Origin: Deltaproteobacteria bacterium
Lineage (GTDB): Bacteria; Myxococcota_A; Polyangia; Polyangiales; Houyiibacteriaceae
Direction of reading: 5' to 3'
Assembly (NCBI GenBank): GCA_013151775.1
Contig: JAADHO010000118.1
Location: 988-64,987 of the forward strand
DNA length: 64,000 nt
Part shown: piece by piece, positions 36,554 through 43,690 of the stretch
Numbering within the stretch: the stretch's first letter is position 1
Layout of the letters: each line of letters starts with the position of its first letter
Notes under the pieces: generated by a model
Databases searched by the model: none
Told to the model about the DNA's origin: nothing
What the model saw: only the letters and a program-made list of their open reading frames with translations
Translations under genes and position numbers: made by a program

Positions 36554-38070
36554 ACACCGTTGGTGACAAGAACCGCTTTGCCCTCGCCTTCGAATTGCGC
36601 ACGGATCCCGACGCGGCGGGTCTTCCCGAGCACAAGGCCTCCTGGGGCGCCTTGCAGATCTGGGTTGGCGGTCGAAACCTCACGCTCGGCACCACGCAGG
36701 ATGGGGTGGCGATCGACGCCGCCGAGGTCCCCCTGGCAAGGATCATCGAGTGGCTGGTCGAGGCGTGGGATCCACTGCTCCATGAGGAGCGCCTTCCTCG
36801 ACAGACGAAGAGTCCGTCGGCCGCACGGTGGAGACTCGACTGCCTCGCGCAGCTGCCTGACGAAGAGGCCGCGCTCGACGCGCTGTTGGAAGAGCGCGAT
36901 ACGTGGTGGCATCGACATGGCCTCGGCTCGGCGCTTCCAGACTACCGGATTCCGGACTTACACATCCGCAGGTTTGGCGATGATGCGGAGATCTCCTGGG
37001 ACGACACGGAATGGCGCTGCGTGCCGGGCGGTGTGCGCCTGATGGAGGCACATGGCCTCGCGTTCGTACCGGCGGTCGAGGCGGCAGAGGTGCTGCACGG
37101 GTGGGCCTCCGCCGTGCTGAGGGCCATGTCGGCGCATGAAGATGGTCAGGCGTTCGCGGCCGAATTCTCACAGCGATTGGCGGGACTCACCGACCCGAGC
37201 CGAGTGTTGAAGCGTCTCGAGTACGCGGCCGGTCAGCAGCTCAGTGATGTGGCCGATGAGATTCGCAGGCTCGCTGGCGTGACCGGCGGCAGCATCCGCG
37301 AAACACTGCGATCGCTCCTCGGCATCGAAGACGCCCCAGGCGCCGCCCTCGTCGCGCCGCTGACGGTGCCGGTCATGCTCTACCGCTCGGCTGCACCAAG
37401 CCTGACTTCATCGGACCTCACGACGCTGCTGCGCCTCACCAAGAACCTGCCCGTCGGCGGAGACGCGCTGAAGCCGCTTCAGAACCCCGCGCTACCTCCG
37501 GTCGATCCAGAGCACACCACCCATGACGGCTGCGACAAGGCCCTGGAATTTCGGTTGGCCTGCGGCATCGCACTCGACGCGCCTTTGCTGGAGGAGTGGG
37601 ACCTGGAGAAGGTCCTGTTGCCGAAGCTCAGCGTCCGCGTGGCAGACATACGGCTCGACAACACGGGCGTGGACGGAGTGGCCATCTCCGTTCCTGGTCT
37701 CGCCCCGGTGATCGCTGTCAACAAGTCCGGTCGCTTCTCGAGCACGGCTTGGGGCCGGCGTATGACCCTGGCTCACGAGCTGTGCCATCTGCTCTTCGAC
37801 GTGACGTCCAGCGGTCGCGTAGGGCTCGTGTCTAGCTCATGGGCACCTTACTCGCTGGAGCGGCGCGCGAACGCCTTCGCCGCCATGCTGCTTCTGCCGC
37901 GGGCGGCGCTCCGGAGCGTCCTGCCTACCGATTCGGATCAATGGACCACGCGAACTCTCCGAGACGCCATGCGACTGCTGGGCGTCGGGCGGTCCACACT
38001 CACCTGGCAACTCTACAACCTGCAGTGGATCACCGCATCGGAGCGCCAAGCCTGGCTCGACGCCCTCTAG
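36550..38070 (+). CDS. ImmA/IrrE-family (M78, DUF955-like) metallopeptidase with a ~370-aa N-terminal domain of unknown type
   Basis: Start MNTVGDKNRF at ATG 36550, inside track ORF 36199..38070. C-terminal HELCHLLFD ... ERRANAFAAMLLLPR. Confidence 0.7.
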   Translation: MNTVGDKNRFALAFELRTDPDAAGLPEHKASWGALQIWVGGRNLTLGTTQDGVAIDAAEVPLARIIEWLVEAWDPLLHEERLPRQTKSPSAARWRLDCLAQLPDEEAALDALLEERDTWWHRHGLGSALPDYRIPDLHIRRFGDDAEISWDDTEWRCVPGGVRLMEAHGLAFVPAVEAAEVLHGWASAVLRAMSAHEDGQAFAAEFSQRLAGLTDPSRVLKRLEYAAGQQLSDVADEIRRLAGVTGGSIRETLRSLLGIEDAPGAALVAPLTVPVMLYRSAAPSLTSSDLTTLLRLTKNLPVGGDALKPLQNPALPPVDPEHTTHDGCDKALEFRLACGIALDAPLLEEWDLEKVLLPKLSVRVADIRLDNTGVDGVAISVPGLAPVIAVNKSGRFSSTAWGRRMTLAHELCHLLFDVTSSGRVGLVSSSWAPYSLERRANAFAAMLLLPRAALRSVLPTDSDQWTTRTLRDAMRLLGVGRSTLTWQLYNLQWITASERQAWLDAL

Positions 38071-38221
38071 CTCGCGTGACGTCAGCCGAGCAGCGCCTCG
38101 CCTTCATCGAGGAGCCGGGGATACACTTCGTCCACGCGCGCCAATTCTGCGCTGGCGGCCTCGCGTTTCAGAATGTAGTCCTTCGGCGCCGCGCAGGGGC
38201 GCAACTCGAAAGGTCGCGAAG

Positions 38222-39328
38222 ATGGCGAAGGTCGGCAGAAATCAGCCTTGCCCATGTGGGAGCGGCCAGAAGTACAAGAAGTGCTGTCTGCACGCAGACA
38301 CGGCGCGAGGCAGTGTCGCCAGCCAGCAGGCGCAGCTCGAGGAGTCACTGGCGCGCGAGGAAGGCCCGCAGGCGTCGGGGATGCCAGGCGCCTACGTGAT
38401 CGCCAAGATGTTCGAGCGCTCCGAGATCTTCGCGACGATGAAGAAGAAAGACCCCGCCAGCGCGCGGCTCTTCTGGACCACGCAGCGCATCGCGGGCCTC
38501 GAGACCTCCGACATCACGACCCGCCTCGAGCGCCTGGGCGTCGACGCCTCGGCGGAGGCCTTCGTCGAGCTCGCCGAGCATCGCACCTCCGCTTGGGATC
38601 TCTCGGACGTGTGGCGAGAGCGCGCCGGCCAGAGGCTGGACCGTCACGACAACGACTTCCTGGGCTTCGCGGCCTGTGAGCTCTGGAAGCGCTACTGCCC
38701 CGAGAGGCCGAGCGTGGAGATGCTCGACGACTGGATGCAGGAGGGCTACGAGCTGCTCGAGCAGGGAAGCCGGGCCGAGGCCATGGAGCGCTGGCTTCGG
38801 GTCTGGGACGTGATCGCCTCGCGCCTCGAGCCCGAGATGCGCACGCTCCAGTCCGCGTCGAGCGTCTTCGAAGGCTCGCAATGCCTCTTCAACTGGGTGC
38901 AGGACGTCATGCTCCATCTGGCCGAAGGCGCCAGCCCCGGATGGCCCCACGAGGAGCGAGCCGTCGCGTTCTATCAGGCCGTGGTGGCGCAGTTCACGGA
39001 CGAGGAGCTGAACGTTCGAGTGCAAGCGTCTACGATGCTCGCGGAGTTTTACGCGAACGTGGGTAGAGGCGAGGACAGCGAACGTGTGCTGCTCGAGCAT
39101 ATCGAGGCCTATCCGCATCGCGCGGCCGGCTACGTCTGCCTCGCGCGCAACCTGGCGTACAGCGACGGCGCGAACACACCAGCGCCAGAGCTGAGGCGCG
39201 CCCTCGCCGTGCTCGAGACCGCGGCCGCGTACCCGGTGGAGAACGGCGACGACTACGACCTGCAGCTTTTCCTCGAGCACACCCGCGAACGTCTGTCCAA
39301 GATCGACACCGGGGAAGCGGAAGCCTGA
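38222..39328 (+). CDS. SEC-C metal-binding motif protein with a helical-repeat C-terminal region
   Basis: N-terminal GRNQPCPCGSGQKYKKCC. Confidence 0.75.
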   Translation: MAKVGRNQPCPCGSGQKYKKCCLHADTARGSVASQQAQLEESLAREEGPQASGMPGAYVIAKMFERSEIFATMKKKDPASARLFWTTQRIAGLETSDITTRLERLGVDASAEAFVELAEHRTSAWDLSDVWRERAGQRLDRHDNDFLGFAACELWKRYCPERPSVEMLDDWMQEGYELLEQGSRAEAMERWLRVWDVIASRLEPEMRTLQSASSVFEGSQCLFNWVQDVMLHLAEGASPGWPHEERAVAFYQAVVAQFTDEELNVRVQASTMLAEFYANVGRGEDSERVLLEHIEAYPHRAAGYVCLARNLAYSDGANTPAPELRRALAVLETAAAYPVENGDDYDLQLFLEHTRERLSKIDTGEAEA

Positions 39329-39409
39329 GCTGACGCGACGACGGCGAGCCGTGGCCCGTCTCTCGTCCACGTCCACGGCGCCCGCGGCGAACGTGGTAAG
39401 GCGGGCTGC

Positions 39410-40567
39410 ATGAGTGAGTATCAGTACTACGAGTTCCGCGCCGTCGACCGGCTGCTGACGCGGGAAGAGATGAGCACGCTGAGCGGCCTGTCGTCGCGCG
39501 CCACCGTGACGCCCTCGAGCTTCATCAACGTCTACAACTTCGGTGATTTTCGCGGAGATCCCAGGGACCTCATGGGCCGCTGCTTCGACGTCTTCGTATA
39601 CATGACCAACTGGGGCACGCGCTGGCTGATGCTGCGCGTCCCGAGCCAGCTGCTCGACGACCAGGGAGCGCGCGCCTACGAGGCGGGTGACGTCCTCTCG
39701 GTGGAGCGCGCTGCCGGGGACCACACCCTCTTGTCCTTCTGCTACGAGGGCGAGGGCGGCGGCTGGGAGCAGGGCGAAGGCTGGCTGCCATCCCTGCTGC
39801 CCGTGCGCGCGGCGCTGATGGCCGGGGATGAGCGCGCCCTCTACCTTGGCTGGCTGCTCGGCGTGCAGCTCGGCACGGTGGACGACGAGACGCTCGAGCC
39901 GGCGCCCCCGCCTGGCCTCGCCGACCTCGACGACGCCCTCGAGCAGCTCGTGGACTTCCTGTGTCTCGACGACGCCCTGGTCGTTGCCGCGGGCGAGGGC
40001 AGCGACGCCAGACCGACGCGCTCGTTGGCGACCGAGGACGTCGCGGGCTGGCTCGACACGCTGCCCGGCGAGGAGAAGGACTCACTGCTGGCGGCGCTGA
40101 TCACAGCCGAGACCCCGACCCTCGCCTTGGAGCTGCGGCGGCGAGCGGCCACCGCGTGTCGGAGCGTGGTGCCGGCGAACGCGGGCGATCGCCGCAGCGT
40201 GGCCGAGCTGCGGGAGCGGGCAGACGCCCTGCGTGCAGGCTGGTCGGCGGAGGCCGCGCACAACGAGGCCGTCGAGCGAGCCCGGCTGGAGTTGGAGGCA
40301 GCCGAGCGGCGAAGGCAGCGCATCCTCGCCATGAGAGGCAAGGCGAGTGTGCTGTGGCGCAAGGTGGAGCAGCAAATCGCCCGTCGGCAGGCCCGCTCCT
40401 ACGACGCCGCGGTCTCGACGCTATGCGACCTGCGCGATCTGGCCGCGCTCGAGGGCACGACGGCGGAGTACCGCGACAAGCTCTCGGCGCTCTGCGGCGC
40501 GCAGCGCAAGAAGACGACGCTGATCGACCGCCTGCGCGCGGCGGGCCTGCTCGACGCCGAGGGCTGA
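39410..40567 (+). CDS. conserved hypothetical protein (MSEYQYYEF... family)
   Basis: 385-aa ORF with an N-terminus MSEYQYYEFRAVDRLLTREEM...FINVYNFGDFRGDP that I recognise as a recurrent uncharacterised family. No function known to me. Confidence 0.6.
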   Translation: MSEYQYYEFRAVDRLLTREEMSTLSGLSSRATVTPSSFINVYNFGDFRGDPRDLMGRCFDVFVYMTNWGTRWLMLRVPSQLLDDQGARAYEAGDVLSVERAAGDHTLLSFCYEGEGGGWEQGEGWLPSLLPVRAALMAGDERALYLGWLLGVQLGTVDDETLEPAPPPGLADLDDALEQLVDFLCLDDALVVAAGEGSDARPTRSLATEDVAGWLDTLPGEEKDSLLAALITAETPTLALELRRRAATACRSVVPANAGDRRSVAELRERADALRAGWSAEAAHNEAVERARLELEAAERRRQRILAMRGKASVLWRKVEQQIARRQARSYDAAVSTLCDLRDLAALEGTTAEYRDKLSALCGAQRKKTTLIDRLRAAGLLDAEG

Positions 40568-40633
40568 GCGGCGCGGTCCACGGCGTGACCGAAGTCACGC
40601 GGGTAGCGGAGTGGGGGGCGTAGCCTGCGAGCG

Positions 40634-41569
40634 TTGGGGGGTACCCGAGTGGGGGCTCGCAGTCGTTACGAGAGCATCGCCAAGATCGTCTTCGCCTTCA
40701 CGCGTCAGCGCACCTGGGCGCAGGCGAAGCTAGCGCGCCGCGTGGATGTGCAACCTCGTCAGCTTCGAAAGATCCTGCTCGAGCTACAAGACGCGGGCAT
40801 GCCACTCGAACGCGAGCGCGACCGCCCCCACGTCTACTGGAGCGTCCCGAAGGGCTGGCTCCCCGGCGGCGTGTCGCTGAGCGGCGAGGAGGTCGCGATG
40901 GCGCTCGGCTTGATGATCCGCCTGCCGCCAAGCGGCGACCGCGAGCGACTGCTGAACGCGCTCGCGCCCTTCGCCAAGCGGCCACCAGCGGACGCCGTGG
41001 AACACCACGGACAGCAAGGCCCCGCCGCGGACGAGCTGTGGCGGCTCGTGCCGCAGGCGATCGCCGATGAGCAAGTGCTGCGCATGCGCTATCGCTCGGC
41101 GCGCGGGGAAGCCAAGGCGAGGAGCGTGTCGCCTCAGCGCATCGACGCCGAGGCGCGCCACCTGATCGCCTGGTGCCACGAAGCGAAGGCGCTCCGGCGC
41201 TTCCACTTCAAGCGCGTGGAGCGCATCGAGGTGGACGGTTGCGACGACGGCTATGTTCGAGTCGAGCGGCGCGTGCTGGACGGCTTCATGGAGCAATCGG
41301 TGGACGGCTTCCACGACGCCAGCGCGGCGCGCGAGCTAGCGTTCCACGTGACCGCCGAGATCGCCGGCTGGGTCGCGGGAGACCTGCCCTACGGCCTGCA
41401 CCACGAGCCCGCGGACGACGGCGGCCTACGCGTCCACGGCTACGTCGCCGGTCTGGCCCAGGTCGCGCGCTACGTCGTGGGCCTGGGCGCCGAGGCCGAG
41501 GCCGAGACGCCCGAACTACGAGACGCCGTCGCCGAGCTGGCGCGGGGCGCGCTGGAGAACGCGGAGTGA
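40634..41569 (+). CDS. WYL-domain transcriptional regulator (N-terminal wHTH + WYL)
   Basis: WYL-like core VLRMRYRSARGEAKARSVSPQRIDAEARHLIAWCHEAKALRRFHFKRVERIEV. Start uncertain (TTG 40634 or GTG 40649). Confidence 0.8.
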   Translation: MGGTRVGARSRYESIAKIVFAFTRQRTWAQAKLARRVDVQPRQLRKILLELQDAGMPLERERDRPHVYWSVPKGWLPGGVSLSGEEVAMALGLMIRLPPSGDRERLLNALAPFAKRPPADAVEHHGQQGPAADELWRLVPQAIADEQVLRMRYRSARGEAKARSVSPQRIDAEARHLIAWCHEAKALRRFHFKRVERIEVDGCDDGYVRVERRVLDGFMEQSVDGFHDASAARELAFHVTAEIAGWVAGDLPYGLHHEPADDGGLRVHGYVAGLAQVARYVVGLGAEAEAETPELRDAVAELARGALENAE

Positions 41570-41578
41570 TGTGCCGGC

Positions 41579-41702
41579 AACGATCACTGGATCCGCGTTC
41601 AGTGAGCGCCAATCGATCCACCAGATGGCGCGGGGCGGTGGGGTATGTGGATGAAGTGTCAGTGTTGGTGGCGACGCACGTCTTGCTTGGGGATGCTGGA
41701 GC
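41579..41702 (+). repeat. cas3-leader-like element, copy 1 (directly after the WYL stop)
   Basis: Aligns with 42412..42518 and 43561..43680. Shared blocks are CTGGATCC-CGTTCAGTGA-CGCCAA, ATGGCGC, GTCAG, GACG(CA/TG)CGTCTTG and GCTGGAGC. Confidence 0.85.
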
Positions 41703-41709
41703 GAGAAGG

Positions 41710-42213
41710 ATGATGGCCTCAGGTCAAGAGGCGCAGCGGGCTCACTGCGCCTCCTGCAGCGCAGGAGTCATGGCGGGCGCGTTCCATCGGACCGGCGCCA
41801 TCGAGGTCTGGGGCCGAGGCACCAACCGCGTCATCGAGGCATGCCGCGCCTACGGCATCGCGGAGGCGACCTTCAAGGAGGCCTCGGGCGCCGTCACGGT
41901 GACGTTCAAGGCGGAAGTGGTCGCCGGGACAAGAGACTTGGTGCCGGGCAGGCACCAAGTCGGCACTAAGTTGGCACTAAGTCTGTACCAAGTGCAAGTC
42001 CTCGAACTTGCAGACGTTCCGCGCTCGTCGACGGACCTGATGGAACCATCGGGACGAACTGACCGAACCAAGTACCGGGACCAAGTGCTGCGACCGCTGC
42101 TTGAATCCGAGTTGCTCGAGATGACCATCCCGGACAAGCCTCGGAGCTCGAAGCAGCAGTACCGCACGACCGAGGCGGGGCGGCTAGCCCTCGCCAATGC
42201 GAGCAAGGCATGA
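41710..42213 (+). pseudogene. 3' fragment of an AlbA_2 / HATPase_c_4-type putative DNA-binding ATPase gene (C-terminal wHTH part only)
   Basis: The translation AFHRTGAIEVWGRGTNRVIEACRAYGIAEATFKE...LLEMTIPDKPRSSKQQYRTTEAG matches only the C-terminal ~150 aa of that roughly 450-500-aa family. The N-terminal two thirds are absent. Confidence 0.55.
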
Positions 42214-42354
42214 GGCATGCAGACGAGGCCAAGCCGCTGACTTTGAGCAAGATAGAGGTCCACAGGCACCGAATGGATCGGCGGCACCGTGCCGCCGACA
42301 ACGCCCGTCGACGCTGTATGTCGCGGGACCGGCGAGGCTCGCCGGCCTTCGGGA

Positions 42355-42392
42355 CCCGAGCTACGAGACGCAGTTGCCGAGCTGGCGCAGGG
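42355..42392 (+). pseudogene. 38-nt remnant of the 3' end of a second, diverged WYL-regulator gene
   Basis: 34/38 identical to 41510..41547 (the end of the intact WYL gene). Encodes PELRDAVAELAQG versus PELRDAVAELARG. Three of the 4 differences are synonymous. Confidence 0.75.
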
Positions 42393-42411
42393 AACACAAA
42401 GCTATGAGCCG

Positions 42412-42518
42412 AACGCGATCACTGGATCCCCGTTCAGTGAACGCCAATCGATCCACCAGATGGCGCAAGGCGGTGGGGTATGTGGATGAAGTGTCAGAAG
42501 CGCAGCGTCTCGTGCGTC
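42412..42518 (+). repeat. cas3-leader-like element, copy 2
   Basis: Near-identical to copy 1 over ~85 nt, and shares GTCAGAAGCG...CGTGCGTC with copy 3. Confidence 0.85.
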
Positions 42519-42541
42519 GAAGGGGTGTGATGATCCAGCCA

Positions 42542-42919
42542 TCATCCCAGTGGAAGACATCGTGTGCGCGCGGAGGCCCCGTCCAGCGTGACCACCGCGC
42601 CATCACGCAACGCAAGCGCGACCTGGGGCAGGAAGCGCTCGAGGGTGGCAGCCTGATCGACCGGCTTCATTGTGGAGCTTCCGCGCAAGACGACCACCGA
42701 GGGATTGCCTGCAGCCCGCAGCGCAAGCAGTTGCGCGAAATCCGAGTCCCGGGTGACGACGACGCGGCCGTCAAGCAGGGCGCGCTCCAATATCTCCTCG
42801 TCCCGAGCCGCGCCCATATGCAACGACTGGACATGAACCACGTCGTAGCCAGCTTCCGTGAGCACAGCGACAACCTGCGGCGACAACGCGTTGTCGATGA
42901 GCAGCCGCAGAGAACTCAC
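42542..42919 (-). CDS. PIN-like DUF5615-family putative toxin
   Basis: GTG start at 42919 overlaps the DUF433 stop (GTGA). VSSLRLLIDNALSPQVVAVLTEAGYDVVHVQSLHMGAARDEEILERALLDGRVVVTRDSDF is the typical family layout. Confidence 0.75.
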   Translation of the reverse strand: MSSLRLLIDNALSPQVVAVLTEAGYDVVHVQSLHMGAARDEEILERALLDGRVVVTRDSDFAQLLALRAAGNPSVVVLRGSSTMKPVDQAATLERFLPQVALALRDGAVVTLDGASARTRCLPLG

Positions 42920-43140
42920 TGCGCTGCGTCGTTCTCCCGCGCTGTTCTCGCAAGCTCCGCGGCGTACAGCAGGGCTTCGCGGATGTCGTCTTGCTCGAGA
43001 TCCGGATACGCGTCGAGGATCTCGGACGTCGTCATCTGCGCGACCAGACCCACGACGAGGCTGACAGGGATGCGCAGCCCACGGATACAAGGCTGCCCCT
43101 CGAGCTGGTCCGGTCGAATGGTGATGCGTGGGAAGGGCAT
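42916..43140 (-). CDS. DUF433-family putative antitoxin
   Basis: 74 aa. ITIRPDQLEGQPCIRGLRIPVSLVVGLVAQMTTSEILDAYPDLEQDDIREALLYA is the DUF433 core. Confidence 0.8.
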   Translation of the reverse strand: MPFPRITIRPDQLEGQPCIRGLRIPVSLVVGLVAQMTTSEILDAYPDLEQDDIREALLYAAELARTARENDAAQ

Positions 43141-43199
43141 AGCGCGATCGCAGTGTAGCGCGATTCGGCGGAAGCTGCGGGCGGATGAGGGAGCGCATG

Positions 43200-43420
43200 C
43201 GAGAGCATCGTGACAGCTGGGCGCTGATCAGACAAGCATTTTCTGTGTTAGCTAGAGTTGCACCTTGTAGAAAATGTATATTCTGCTAGGATGGGATTGT
43301 GAGTGAAATCCACCACAGGCTGAAAACGCCGAAAGGCTGGTCTTGCACCAAAATGTGCGTGCGAGGTCTGAGTACGTCTTCGTGGTACGCTCATGCTGTC
43401 CCGAGGCCGGGAGCCAGGTC
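43200..43420. promoter_or_regulatory. AT-rich tract between the divergent TA operon and cas3, a likely promoter region
   Basis: Only markedly AT-rich non-coding stretch in the island (43241-43300 is 23/60 G+C by count). I could not pin convincing -35/-10 boxes. Confidence 0.35.
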
Positions 43421-43452
43421 ATTCCCGCGACTTTCGCGGGCCCCTTTGAAGC
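43418..43452 (+). repeat. solitary degenerate CRISPR repeat (psi-repeat)
   Basis: GTCATTCCCGCGACTTTCGCGGGCCCCTTTGAAGC versus the array repeat CTCTCTCCCGCGAATCATCGCGGGCCCCATTGAAGC. Both 7-nt stem arms are identical, 11/12 of the 3' tail is identical, and the loop is 3 nt rather than 4. Confidence 0.85.
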
Positions 43453-43560
43453 GCTCGCGTTGCTCCTTGCACGCAGAGGCGAGAAAAAGTCTGCCTCGCC
43501 GGCCTCGGGACGCTTCAAGTCCCAGCCCTCCGGACAGGAAGCACTCTGGGCGTGGGCGAG

Positions 43561-43680
43561 ATCCTGGATCCACGTTCAGTGAGCGCCAACGGGTGCACCG
43601 AATGGCGCAGCGGGGCTGCGTATGAAGAAGACAATGTCAGAAGCGAGCGAGACGTGCGTCTTGGTCGTGGACGCTGGAGC
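43561..43680 (+). repeat. cas3-leader-like element, copy 3 (ends 10 nt before the cas3 ATG)
   Basis: Aligns with copies 1 and 2. More diverged in its central part. Confidence 0.8.
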
Positions 43681-43690
43681 CAGTTGAACG

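Noticed and set aside
38082-38255. Minus-strand ORF between the peptidase gene and the SEC-C gene (ends ...AELARVDEVYPRLLDEGEALLG).
   Set aside because: Any plausible start overlaps the well-supported SEC-C start region, and no motif was recognised. It is likely a GC-driven open frame.
41588-41631. Interleaved inverted repeats in element copy 1 (TGGATC 41588-93 / GATCCA 41615-20, and GCGCCA 41606-11 / TGGCGC 41626-31) that suggest an H-type pseudoknot RNA.
   Set aside because: In copy 3 the GATCCA arm is replaced by GTGCAC without a compensating change. In copy 2 one pair of the second stem is broken without compensation. There is no covariation support.
43489-43526. Possible second degenerate repeat downstream of the orphan repeat (GTCTGCCTCGCCGGCCTCGGGACGCTTCAAGTCCCAGC), which would make a mini-array.
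   Set aside because: Only about half of the positions align with the repeat. There is no hairpin equivalent, and the tail CTTCAAGTC matches ATTGAAGC poorly. It is not distinguishable from chance.
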